55,972 nucleotides of DNA from Gammaproteobacteria bacterium (GTDB lineage Bacteria; Pseudomonadota; Gammaproteobacteria; GCA-001735895): NCBI GenBank assembly GCA_047622345.1, contig JBLHOA010000001.1:1-55972 (forward strand), read 5' to 3'. Both the position numbers and the translations under genes were made by a program. Positions 38,147-47,143 of the stretch are shown here, piece after piece. Below the pieces are notes generated by a model that was not told where the DNA came from, did not search any database, and saw only the letters and a program-made list of their open reading frames with translations. The stretch's first letter is position 1. Each line of letters starts with the position of its first letter.

Positions 38147-39028
38147 CTATTCCTCGAGTAGTTGTTCCGTCTCGTTCTGCAAAAAACCGCGACTGAGTTC
38201 ACCGACATACACGCGCTGTATTTTACCGTTGCGATCGATAAACAGCGTCGTCGGCAAACCGACCCCGCCAAAGCGTTTGAAGATGTCAGCACTGCGATCG
38301 AACCCGGGTGCTCCGGGCGGTGCGTCGACCCAGATCGGGTAAGTGACCCCAATTGAGTCGATATAGGCTTTGACCTGGTCGGGGGGTTCGTCAAGGTCCA
38401 CGCCGATGATACTGAGTCCGCGATCGGCATAGACCTTCTGCATTTCGTCGAGCAGCGGCATTTCACGACGGCAGGGCGGGCACCAGGTCGCCCAGAAATT
38501 CAGCACCACGCCGCGACCAGCCAGATCCGACAGCTTGACCGTTTCGGCGGAAAAATTTTGCAGGGTGAAGTCGGTGGCTTGATCACCGGTACCGGGAACA
38601 GCGGGGTCTTTCAATAATTCCAGCGATAAGGGCGCGCTGAAGAAGAGCAGTCCCGCCGCCAGGTAAGACCCCAGCAGCACTTTGAAAAAGGTCGGGCGCA
38701 AGCGATCGGGCTTTCGACTGATTTGCCAGATGGCGTAGGCGCTACCAACGAGGATCCCACTGATGAAATGGTAGCCCGGTTGCCAGAAATAGAGTGCCGT
38801 CCAGGGTGTGGCGCTATAGGCGCTCCAGTTGAGTGCGACAAAACCCAGTCGCGCACCGGCCAGACCGAACCAGGCCGAGTTTTCGGTAATCCGTTTAACC
38901 GGGTGTCGCTCGAGCCCGAATTTCTGACTCAGTCGCTGCGAAACCCAGATCGCAAAAATCACGCTGACAATGAGAATCAGGCTACGGGTCGGGATTAACA
39001 ATGGCCCTAGATTAAAGGCTTCGATCAT
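38147..39028 (-). CDS. TlpA-family thiol:disulfide oxidoreductase fused to an N-terminal polytopic membrane domain
   Basis: 293 aa. About 4 predicted TM helices in the first 140 aa or so, then a thioredoxin fold with the WCPPC active site ([17 protein letters not shown]). Confidence 0.8.
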   Translation of the reverse strand: MIEAFNLGPLLIPTRSLILIVSVIFAIWVSQRLSQKFGLERHPVKRITENSAWFGLAGARLGFVALNWSAYSATPWTALYFWQPGYHFISGILVGSAYAIWQISRKPDRLRPTFFKVLLGSYLAAGLLFFSAPLSLELLKDPAVPGTGDQATDFTLQNFSAETVKLSDLAGRGVVLNFWATWCPPCRREMPLLDEMQKVYADRGLSIIGVDLDEPPDQVKAYIDSIGVTYPIWVDAPPGAPGFDRSADIFKRFGGVGLPTTLFIDRNGKIQRVYVGELSRGFLQNETEQLLEE

Positions 39029-39406
39029 CGGTTTATTCCAGAAGGGTTTAGTGCCGGGCGTTCAGGCAGGAATCGTCGGTCGCGCATGAGCAGGCAGCTA
39101 CGGATGCTCATTGCTGCTTTCGACCGGCAATATATAGCATAGTTTGCGCGAATACTGCCCTAATCGAAATCCGCTGGTTGTCAACGCTGCTCACACAATG
39201 TTAATAGGCCTTCGCACCCGGCAGTTAAGTCTTCGCGGCATAAGAATCAGAGATTTGACTTTGTCTGAGATTCTCGACAGCAGGGCTTATTTTAGACAAC
39301 TAAGTCGCGTATCGTTCACTGATATCTCTCGGCGATAATGGGCGCTTCGGTGTAGAATGCGTCATCTGACAATCAATAAGCCGATTCATTCGAGGAGTAA
39401 AAACCG

Positions 39407-39676
39407 ATGGTCACTTTTATCATTTTACTGGATGTGCAAAAGGACAGGATTACCGAGGTTGCCGAAGCTATGGCCGAATTGCCGGAGGTTTCAGAAGTGT
39501 ACTCGGTCACCGGTAATTATGACCTGGTGGCCATAGTGCGCACTAAAACCAACGACGATGTCGCCGATCTGGTGACCCATAAAATGGGCCAGATGGAAGG
39601 TATCTTAAGCACCGACACCATGCTCGCCTTCAAGGCTTTTTCGAAACACGATCTGGAATCGATGTTCTCCATTTGA
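39407..39676 (+). CDS. Stand-alone Lrp/AsnC ligand-binding (RAM) domain protein
   Basis: 89 aa. FIILLDV...EVSEVYSVTGNYDLVAIVRTKTNDDVADLV is a typical AsnC_trans_reg domain without an HTH. Confidence 0.75.
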   Translation: MVTFIILLDVQKDRITEVAEAMAELPEVSEVYSVTGNYDLVAIVRTKTNDDVADLVTHKMGQMEGILSTDTMLAFKAFSKHDLESMFSI

Positions 39677-39698
39677 CGCTGCCAGGGTTCTGCTTACC

Positions 39699-40148
39699 AT
39701 GTTCAAAGTCACTCAGCGCATCCGGATCGAATGGGCGCACTGCGACCCCGCCGGAATTATTTTTAATCCGCATTACTATATCTGGATGGATTCGGGTACC
39801 CATGCACTGTTGCAGGCCGCCGGTTTCGACCTGATCGGGCAAACCCATGCCGACCCGGTATTTCGTGGCTGCCCGTTGGTGGCGAGTAATATGTCGTTCA
39901 TGCGCCCGCTTTATTTCGGCGATATTACGCGGCTCAGTTCGAGCGTGGAAAAGTTCGGCAATACCTCGTTTGTAGTCTCCCATGAATTTCATCAGGGGAA
40001 CGATGCCGCACCGGTAGCGATGGGTAAAGAAGTCCGGGTGTGGGGTTCTTCCGACGCCGAAAAGCCGGAAAAACTGATCGCCGTGCCGGTTCCCGATGAC
40101 GTCCGGGCGATGTTATCGGTAAGTAACTTCGTCGATGTCACCCCCTGA
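39699..40148 (+). CDS. Hotdog-fold acyl-CoA thioesterase (4HBT/YbgC family)
   Basis: 149 aa. N-terminal IRIEWAHCDPAGIIFNPHYY carries the catalytic Asp pattern of the 4-hydroxybenzoyl-CoA thioesterase family. Confidence 0.75.
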   Translation: MFKVTQRIRIEWAHCDPAGIIFNPHYYIWMDSGTHALLQAAGFDLIGQTHADPVFRGCPLVASNMSFMRPLYFGDITRLSSSVEKFGNTSFVVSHEFHQGNDAAPVAMGKEVRVWGSSDAEKPEKLIAVPVPDDVRAMLSVSNFVDVTP

Positions 40149-40150
40149 GA

Positions 40151-40621
40151 TCACTTTGCCGGAATTGTCTTTATCCGCTCCGGCGCACGACTAAGCGCAT
40201 TGTTACCCTCGGCCAGTTTCTCCAACAAGGCCAACAATTGTTTGCTTTCCGGCGGGTTCAAGGGCGCCAGTATGCGTTGCTGCGCGGACTCGACCATCGG
40301 TAACACCTGGTTTAACAGCTCGGCGCCCGCTGCGCTGATCTGAACTTTTCGGGCGCGTTTGTCGGATGTCGAAGGGCGTCGATGCAGCAGGCCGAGTTTT
40401 TCCAGTTTAGCGATCACCAGCGAAGTAGAACTGCGGTCGAGTGCTACGGCGCCACCGAGGGTAACCTGGTCCTGTTCGCCCGATTGCATCAATGAATCGA
40501 GCACGGCGAACTGCAATGGGGTGAGAGCAAAACGCTGACATTCCTCGAGAAAAATGGCGACCGCGATTTGCTGACAGCGCCGTAGCAGGTGCCCCGGCAT
40601 CGATGCGAAGCGACCGTTCAT
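40151..40621 (-). CDS. MarR-family transcriptional regulator
   Basis: 156 aa. Winged-helix core LTPLQFAVLDSL...QVTLGGAVALDRSSTSLVIAKLEKLGLLHRRPSTSDKRA. It is the last gene of the gentisate operon, with 1 nt between the upstream stop and its ATG. Confidence 0.88.
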   Translation of the reverse strand: MNGRFASMPGHLLRRCQQIAVAIFLEECQRFALTPLQFAVLDSLMQSGEQDQVTLGGAVALDRSSTSLVIAKLEKLGLLHRRPSTSDKRARKVQISAAGAELLNQVLPMVESAQQRILAPLNPPESKQLLALLEKLAEGNNALSRAPERIKTIPAK

Positions 40622-40622
40622 G

Positions 40623-41321
40623 CTAGATGCGCCCGGAAATAGTCGTGGTCAGTTTGCCCAGACCCTCGACCTCGACGACGCAGACATCGCCCGCAATCAG
40701 CGGGCCAACCCCGGCCGGGGTACCACTGTAAATCAGGTCGCCGGGTTTGAGTTCCATACTGCGCGACAAAATCGCAATTTGCTCGGTGACGCTCCAGATC
40801 ATTTCATTTAAATCGGCATCCTGTTTGATTTCGCCATTCACGCTGAGGCGAATCTTACCCGCCTGTAAATGTCCGACCGAGCTTGTCGGGTGCAGCGGAC
40901 CGCACACCGCCGAATGATCAAAGGCTTTACCCCAGTCCCAGGGCCGCCCCATATCGCGCGCCGCGAGTTGCAGGTCGCGCCGGGTCAATTCGTTACCGAT
41001 GGCGTAGCCCCAGACATGGTCGAGCGCATCACTTTCATCGATGTTTACCCCGCCCTTGCCGATAGCGACCACCATTTCGGCTTCAAAATGGAGGTTTTCG
41101 GTGAGCGCCGGGTAGGCGATGGTTTCATTGTTGTCGACCGTAGCATCGGCCGGTTTGCTGAAAAAGAAGGGTGGTTCGCGATCGGGGTCTTTGCCCATTT
41201 CACGTGCATGCGCGGCGTAGTTGCGGCCGACGCAGAAAATTCGGCGCACCGGGAAGCGTGCGTTAGAGTCGGCTACCGCCACCGACGGGGTGGCGGGTGG
41301 ATCGATTACGTAGTCAGTCAT
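40623..41321 (-). CDS. Fumarylacetoacetate-hydrolase-family enzyme (fumarylpyruvate/maleylpyruvate hydrolase candidate)
   Basis: 232 aa. FAH-domain motifs are RIFCVGRNYAAHAREMG, HFEAEMVVAIGK and GDLIYSGTPAGVG. It lies directly downstream of gentisate dioxygenase. Confidence 0.8.
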   Translation of the reverse strand: MTDYVIDPPATPSVAVADSNARFPVRRIFCVGRNYAAHAREMGKDPDREPPFFFSKPADATVDNNETIAYPALTENLHFEAEMVVAIGKGGVNIDESDALDHVWGYAIGNELTRRDLQLAARDMGRPWDWGKAFDHSAVCGPLHPTSSVGHLQAGKIRLSVNGEIKQDADLNEMIWSVTEQIAILSRSMELKPGDLIYSGTPAGVGPLIAGDVCVVEVEGLGKLTTTISGRI

Positions 41322-41323
41322 TA

Positions 41324-42391
41324 TCAGGCTCCTTGTGAATTTCCGGCATCGCCGCGTTGTTCGCGCCAGTAGCCAAGCTTTAGTTGTGCGCTGCGATCCG
41401 AAAAGCTGAACAGCACCGCGTCATTATCGGTTTCGTGACTGACCCAACTCCAGCTCGGCAGCACGAAAATGTCTTTTGTTTCCCAGTTGAAAACCTGCCC
41501 ATCGATAATGCTGCGACCGCTGCCTTCGGTGGCGACGAACACGGTAGCGTCGGTGCTGCGGTAGGGCTGGCTGCGAAAACCGGCGGGGAGTAGTTGTAAA
41601 AACGGCGCGATTGTCGGCATGGCAAAGCCACCGTCGACCGGGTTGATGTAGCGCATTTTGAGCCCATGGCAGGGGTCCCATTCCTGTTCGCGGCGCATCA
41701 CTTCCAGCGCTTCGCGCGAGCGGCTGTAGGGATAGTTGAATATCGGTGAAGCGAGTTCGCGTTGCTGATAATCAACCGGCAGCATATTCGCCCCGTAGCG
41801 GGCTGAACTGTCGCCGGTTTGTCGTGAAATCGGCTGTTCGTCGGTGCCGAGTTTTTCGGCAAAGGAGGCGTCGAAAAAAGACAGCATGGGAATATCCAGG
41901 CCATCCATCCAGATCATCGGTTCATCACTGTTGTTGCCGTGATCGTGCCATGCCCAGGGCGGGGTGATGACAAAGTCACCGAATTGCATGTCGGTGCGTT
42001 CGCCGTTGACACTGGTGTGCGCGCCGGCGCCGTCGACGACAAATCGCAGCGCCGACTGGCTGTGGCGGTGTGCCGGGGCCACTTCACCGGGTAACACCAG
42101 TTGCAGGCCCGCGTAGAGCGAAGTAGTGATTTTTGATTCACCGCGCATGCCGGGGTTTTCCAGAATCAATACACGCCGTTCGGCTTCCTGTGCGGTGATT
42201 AATGCTCCGGCTTCGAGTAGCCACTCGCGCGCCTGGTCAAATCGCCACAGATGGGCCTGGCAGGCGCTTTTCGGTTCGCCAGTAACCAGATCTGACAATA
42301 CTGTCCACAAGGGTGCATAGGCCTGCCTGCCAATTTTTTCGTAAAAGGCGAGGCGTTCCGGGGTCTCGGCCGGTTTACTGTCTTTCGTCAT
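41324..42391 (-). CDS. Gentisate 1,2-dioxygenase (bicupin)
   Basis: About 355 aa. PLWTVLSDLV...LENPGMRG...PGEVAPAHRHSQSALRFVVDG...WHDHGN. I chose ATG 42391, preceded by GGAG. The longest ORF starts at TTG 42397. Confidence 0.88.
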   Translation of the reverse strand: MTKDSKPAETPERLAFYEKIGRQAYAPLWTVLSDLVTGEPKSACQAHLWRFDQAREWLLEAGALITAQEAERRVLILENPGMRGESKITTSLYAGLQLVLPGEVAPAHRHSQSALRFVVDGAGAHTSVNGERTDMQFGDFVITPPWAWHDHGNNSDEPMIWMDGLDIPMLSFFDASFAEKLGTDEQPISRQTGDSSARYGANMLPVDYQQRELASPIFNYPYSRSREALEVMRREQEWDPCHGLKMRYINPVDGGFAMPTIAPFLQLLPAGFRSQPYRSTDATVFVATEGSGRSIIDGQVFNWETKDIFVLPSWSWVSHETDNDAVLFSFSDRSAQLKLGYWREQRGDAGNSQGA

Positions 42392-42406
42392 TTTCAATTC
42401 TCCGTT

Positions 42407-43588
42407 TCAGGCATCGAGCCCGTTTCCACCGTATAACCAGTCAAGTTTTTGCTGCCATTGTTGCTGGGTCATTTGCGACATGATTCGGGTACGCACTTCG
42501 GCAACAGCGCCTTCGGGGTGATAAATGTATTCACCGATCAGCCGTGAGTCGAGTTGAACCCGCGCCGTGCGCACCCGACGCTGGCGCATGTAGTTGTCGA
42601 GTGCCGCTTCGATTCCATCGTGCATTTCGAACATGTGGCTCAGACAAACCGCGTCTTCCATCGCCATGCAGGCACCTTGTGCGAAGTATTGCAGCATCGG
42701 GTGGGCGGCATCGCCGAGCAGGGCGACGCGACCATCGACCCAGTTCAGAATCGGGTCGCGATCGCACAATACCCACAGCTTCCAGTCTTTGCCGATTTCG
42801 ATAATCTGCCTGGGCTGCGCGGCGATGTGTTCGAAACCGCGAGACACTTCTTCGCGGCTCACCGGCTTGCCGGCCACCGCTTCGCCGGCATCGTTATGGT
42901 AAGTCACCACCAGATTGAACAGCTTTCCGCCTTTTAACGGGTAGTGCACGATGTGGCATTTGGGTCCAGCCCAGAGCGTTGCCGAATTCCAGCGTATTGC
43001 TTGCGGCATCTGTTCGGTTGGTATTACCGAGCGATAGGTCGAGTGCCCGGATACGCGCGGGGCGCCGTCGCCAACCAGTTGCTGGCGAATGGTCGAGTTC
43101 AATCCATCGGCCGCGATCAAGGCGAGGCCTTTGATGGTTTTTTTGCCGTTACATTCTATGCTTACCGAACGGCCATCTTGTTGATAGCCGCTAACGGCAT
43201 GGCGGGTGCGCAGTTCGATGCGATCGCTGGCGCGGCAGGCGTCGAGGAGTATGCGGTGCAGGTCGGCGCGATGCAGCACCGCGTAGGGGTTGCCGAAGTG
43301 TTTTCGAAATGGTTCATCCAGCGCAATGGTCGCAATCGGTTCACCGGCAACGGCATCCATCAGGCGCAAGCTGTCGATATACACCGCGGTAGCGCGTGCT
43401 GCATCACCGACGCCGAGATAGTCGAAGCAGTGAAAAGCATTTGGCGCTATTTGAATGCCCGCTCCGATCTCGCCTAGCTCGGCCGAACGTTCAAGCACGA
43501 TGGTCGCTATGCCTTTGCGCGCGAGCCCGAGGGCAGCGGCAAGACCACCGATGCCTCCGCCGGCGATGATCACGGGTAATGGATTCAT
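42407..43588 (-). CDS. FAD-dependent aromatic monooxygenase, 3-hydroxybenzoate 6-hydroxylase-like
   Basis: About 393 aa. VIIAGGGIGGLAAALGLARKG, the DG motif and GDAAHPMLQYFAQGACMAMEDA. I chose ATG 43588, preceded by GAGG. It is the first gene of the operon with gentisate dioxygenase. Confidence 0.8.
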   Translation of the reverse strand: MNPLPVIIAGGGIGGLAAALGLARKGIATIVLERSAELGEIGAGIQIAPNAFHCFDYLGVGDAARATAVYIDSLRLMDAVAGEPIATIALDEPFRKHFGNPYAVLHRADLHRILLDACRASDRIELRTRHAVSGYQQDGRSVSIECNGKKTIKGLALIAADGLNSTIRQQLVGDGAPRVSGHSTYRSVIPTEQMPQAIRWNSATLWAGPKCHIVHYPLKGGKLFNLVVTYHNDAGEAVAGKPVSREEVSRGFEHIAAQPRQIIEIGKDWKLWVLCDRDPILNWVDGRVALLGDAAHPMLQYFAQGACMAMEDAVCLSHMFEMHDGIEAALDNYMRQRRVRTARVQLDSRLIGEYIYHPEGAVAEVRTRIMSQMTQQQWQQKLDWLYGGNGLDA

Positions 43589-43647
43589 CAGCAACACCTC
43601 GATGGGGTTGAATGCACGTTGCGAACACCCCCATCCAAAAAGTTAAT

Positions 43648-43700
43648 CAGATATCTGATACTGAATTTACTCAGTATAGTGATCATAATACTGAGTAAAT
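43648..43700. promoter_or_regulatory. Composite inverted-repeat operator region upstream of the gentisate operon
   Basis: CAGATATCTG is a perfect 10-bp palindrome (43648..43657). ATACTGA (43658..43664) pairs with TCAGTAT (43671..43677). The 13-bp arm ATTTACTCAGTAT (43665..43677) is perfectly complementary to ATACTGAGTAAAT (43688..43700) across a 10-bp spacer. Confidence 0.6.
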
Positions 43701-43824
43701 AGTGAGTCAAACCGGCATTGCAGCAATGACCATCGATGGTTGGTCTTGAAATACGCGGTGACGCGGCCTTAAGCCGACGAATTTTTCAGCCTTGCGACGA
43801 GGACAAGGGCAAAATGACTGGTGG

Positions 43825-44406
43825 TTACTGCGCCCAGACTTTGCCGAGACCGAGCGGGGTCGGAAGCTGGTTAACCAGTTGCTCGAATAAATGCGCAAAT
43901 TCAGGATCACGGTTGCTACCAAACATCGGGTCCGCATTTTCGGCAAAGGCGGCGTCGATGGTTTTCCAGTCCGATTCGGTGAATAGCGCTTGCGCGCGCG
44001 GTAAAACTTCGCGCTCCTCGGTATGGGCGTGCTTGCGCTCGAAGGCGGTGTAATCGAGGGCGATTTTACGAAAGCGGGGGAATTCATCCTTGCCAATAAA
44101 CTCCCAGGCCGACAAGGCCTTCTGCATATCGATAAACAATGACTCACCGTGGCGGTGCTGGAGACCGAGTTCGACGACCAGAGCCTCGCTGTCGGGGTCG
44201 CGTTCTAGTAACGTCGGAAATATATACTGATCCTCTCTGGGGTGGTGATAGCGATCAAGAAATCGATCGATATAAGTTAATAAGCCGTGGAAAACTTTAA
44301 AATCGGCTTGACTGCCGTCATCAACCAGTTTGATCAACTGTTCGAGGCTGTAAAGCACCGCGGCGAGGCTCAAATGTTCGCGTTTTATGATATTGATCGC
44401 CTGCAT
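43825..44406 (-). CDS. Hemerythrin-like (HHE cation-binding) domain protein
   Basis: 193 aa. N-terminal IKREHLSL...YIDRFLDRYHHPREDQYIFP, and a second H/E-rich half (HTEEREVLP). Confidence 0.75.
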   Translation of the reverse strand: MQAINIIKREHLSLAAVLYSLEQLIKLVDDGSQADFKVFHGLLTYIDRFLDRYHHPREDQYIFPTLLERDPDSEALVVELGLQHRHGESLFIDMQKALSAWEFIGKDEFPRFRKIALDYTAFERKHAHTEEREVLPRAQALFTESDWKTIDAAFAENADPMFGSNRDPEFAHLFEQLVNQLPTPLGLGKVWAQ

Positions 44407-44599
44407 TATCGATCCCCAATTACAGTAATAAATTTAAATCTTAGCAAGTTCATTTAGCGCTCGGATTGACCTGGATCAGCCCGGGTTTAATGCAAGCCAA
44501 TAATAGTCGAAGCTTAAGTCGACGTGAGCAGGTTGCAGACCTGGCATGAACTGGTTTTTAAACGTTTGACAAAACAGCGCAATCTGCGAAATTGGTGCA

Positions 44600-45790
44600 A
44601 TGATTAAACCGGTAAAAAAGCATCGCACTCAGCTAGTCATTATCGGGGGTGGTCCTTCAGGATTATTGTTGAGCCAGCTGTTGCATCGTCAGGGCATCGA
44701 AAACATCGTGCTCGAACGGCGCAGCCGCGAATACGTGCTGTCGCGAATTCGTGCCGGTGTGCTCGAAGCGGGCACCGTGCAGTTACTTCGTGACGCCGGC
44801 GTAGGTGAGCGCATGGACCGCGAAGGCTTTATCCACGAGGGGATTTCGCTCGCGGTTTCCAATCGGAGTTTTCGTATCGATTTTAAAAAACGCGCCGCCG
44901 GCTCGGTGATGGTTTACGGTCAAACCGAGTTAACCCGTGACCTTTATGAAGCCCGCGATTCGATGCATGGCGCGGTATTGCATGACGTTGATCAAGTTCA
45001 GATCAGCGCTATCGAAGGGGCATCGCCGCAGGTCAGTTTTATCCGGGACGGACAGCCGCAAATTATCGACTGTGACTATGTTGCGGGATGCGATGGATAC
45101 CACGGGGTCAGTCGGAAATCGATACCTGCGCATGCCTTACGCGAATTTGAACGCGTTTATCCCTTCGGCTGGTTGGGCTTATTGTCGGCTACCCCGCCGG
45201 TGAGCGACGAATTGATCTACGCTAACCATCCGCGTGGTTTCGCGCTGTGTTCGATGCGTAATCCGAATCTAAGCCGTTACTATCTGCAGGTACCGCTTGA
45301 TGATTCGGTGGAACAGTGGACCGATGACCGGTTCTGGGATGAACTAAAGCAGCGTATCCCACAAGCCGCAGCCGATACAATTATTACCGGCGACTCAATC
45401 GAAAAGTCGCTTGCGCCATTGCGCTCCTATGTTGCCGAACCGATGCGTTGGGGGCGCCTTTTTCTCTGCGGAGATGCCGCGCATATTGTGCCACCGACCG
45501 GTGCCAAGGGGCTCAATCTTGCTGCCTCCGATGTCCATTATCTATATCACGCCATGCTGTTGCACTATCAACAGAGTGACGATAGCGGCCTCGATCAGTA
45601 TTCCTCGCAGGCGTTGGCGCGGGTTTGGCAGGCAGAGCGATTCAGCTGGAGCATGACCCGGCTCTTACATCACTTTCCGGATCAGTCCGACTTCGATCTG
45701 CGAATGCAGCGTGCCGAGCTGGATTACCTCGAATCATCGCTTGCGGCGCAGGCAACTCTGGCCGAAAATTATATCGGTCTGGCTTATTAA
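44600..45790 (+). CDS. pobA: 4-hydroxybenzoate 3-monooxygenase
   Basis: 396 aa. [63 protein letters not shown] is near-colinear with Pseudomonas PobA ([59 protein letters not shown]). Confidence 0.93.
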   Translation: [396 protein letters not shown]

Positions 45791-45836
45791 TCGGGCGACA
45801 TTATATGTCCCTAACCTATTGAATTATAAAAGATAG

Positions 45837-45933
45837 GTCTGCACCTATGGGTCCGCAGGCTGCGTTGTCAGAACTTGCTTTAGAATGACTAAAGCGGCAT
45901 TCTGCGCCTTGCTGCGAACCCATAGGCACAGAC
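45837..45933. repeat. 97-nt nested palindromic element between pobA and pcaD
   Basis: The outer 22-nt arms, 45837..45858 and 45912..45933, are complementary at 19/22. The inner arms GCTTTAG (45877..45883) and CTAAAGC (45889..45895) form a perfect 7-bp stem with a 5-nt loop. An AGGC/GCCT pair lies in between. Confidence 0.65.
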
Positions 45934-45975
45934 TGAACAGCCGCTATATTGTCGCCGTGTTAATAGGAGAAAATT

Positions 45976-46770
45976 TTGAATTTAATCACTCTGGGAGACG
46001 TCTCCCTGCATTATCGAATCGACGGCGACCCCGATGGGATGCCGGTCGTGTTTGCCAATTCGCTGGGTACCGATTTTCGACTGTGGGACAAGATCCTGCC
46101 GTTATTACCCGAGGGCTTGCGAATCCTGCGTTTTGACAAACGAGGCCACGGACTGTCGAGTTGCCCCGATGGCGATTATTCGATGGCAGCGTTAGTCGCG
46201 GATACGGCAGCAATTATCGAAGCGTTGAAGTTTGACAACTGTCTGTTTGTCGGGCTTTCAATCGGCGGCATGATCGCGCAGGGCCTGGCTGTCGAGCGCC
46301 CCGAACTGCTGCGCGCGATGGTTATTTCGAATACCGCAGCGCGTATCGGTGAAGCCGCGCTGTGGCAGGAACGTATCGATGCCGCCAGAGCCGGTGGTAT
46401 CGAAGCGCTGGCCGACAACATCATGGAACGCTGGTTTTCAAAGCAGTTTCATCAACACCAGGCAACCGAATTGCAGGGCTGGCGCAATATGCTCACTCGA
46501 ACCCCGTTGCAAGGGTATATCGGCTGCAGTGCGGCGATCGCGGGCAGTGACTTGACTGCCGCTACAGCAAGCTTGACCTTACCCACGCTTGCCATCGCCG
46601 GCAGCGAAGATGGTTCCACCCCGCCCGAGCTAGTGCGTGCCACGGCCGCATTGATTGCCGGGTCGCGTTTCGAGGAAATTGTCAATGCCGGTCATTTACC
46701 CTGCGTCGAACAGGCCGAAGATTACGCGCGTATCTTAAGTGAATTTATCGAAGCAAATAGACATGTCTGA
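45976..46770 (+). CDS. pcaD: 3-oxoadipate enol-lactonase
   Basis: 264 aa. LHYRIDGDPDGMPVVFANSLGTDFRLWD and nucleophile elbow GLSIGG. TTG start 5 nt after AGGAGA. Confidence 0.88.
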   Translation: MNLITLGDVSLHYRIDGDPDGMPVVFANSLGTDFRLWDKILPLLPEGLRILRFDKRGHGLSSCPDGDYSMAALVADTAAIIEALKFDNCLFVGLSIGGMIAQGLAVERPELLRAMVISNTAARIGEAALWQERIDAARAGGIEALADNIMERWFSKQFHQHQATELQGWRNMLTRTPLQGYIGCSAAIAGSDLTAATASLTLPTLAIAGSEDGSTPPELVRATAALIAGSRFEEIVNAGHLPCVEQAEDYARILSEFIEANRHV

Positions 46771-47143
46771 TCGCTATGAACAGGGCATGAAAACCCGGCG
46801 TAGGGTACTCGGTGATCGCCATGTCGATGCCGTCGAAGCGGCTAAGATCGATTTTGATGCTGCTTTTCAAAACCTGATTACCGAAGCCGCCTGGGGCCAT
46901 GTCTGGTCGCGCGAAACGCTTGCTTTGCGCGAACGCTCGATGCTGACGCTGGCGATACTCGCGGCAACGGGTAGCTTTGATGAAATTGCGATGCATATCC
47001 GGGCCACCGAAAACACCGGTGCCAGCCCCGCCGACGTGATCGAAGCGCTGCTCCATGTTGCCATTTATGCAGGAGTGCCAAAGGCGAATCGCGCGATCAA
47101 AATTGCCCGCCAGACCTATGCTGAAATGGGTGTCGAGGTATGA
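46763..47143 (+). CDS. pcaC: 4-carboxymuconolactone decarboxylase
   Basis: About 126 aa. MSDRYEQGMKTRRRVLG...WGHVWSRETLALRERSMLTLAIL. The ATG overlaps the end of pcaD by 8 nt (ATGTCTGA). Confidence 0.88.
   Translation: MSDRYEQGMKTRRRVLGDRHVDAVEAAKIDFDAAFQNLITEAAWGHVWSRETLALRERSMLTLAILAATGSFDEIAMHIRATENTGASPADVIEALLHVAIYAGVPKANRAIKIARQTYAEMGVEV

Noticed and set aside
43707-44147. 146-aa ORF overlapping the hemerythrin-like gene on the same strand in another frame.
   Set aside because: The hemerythrin-frame product has the expected H/E metal-ligand pattern. The alternative frame is Pro/Arg/Ser-rich with no motifs.
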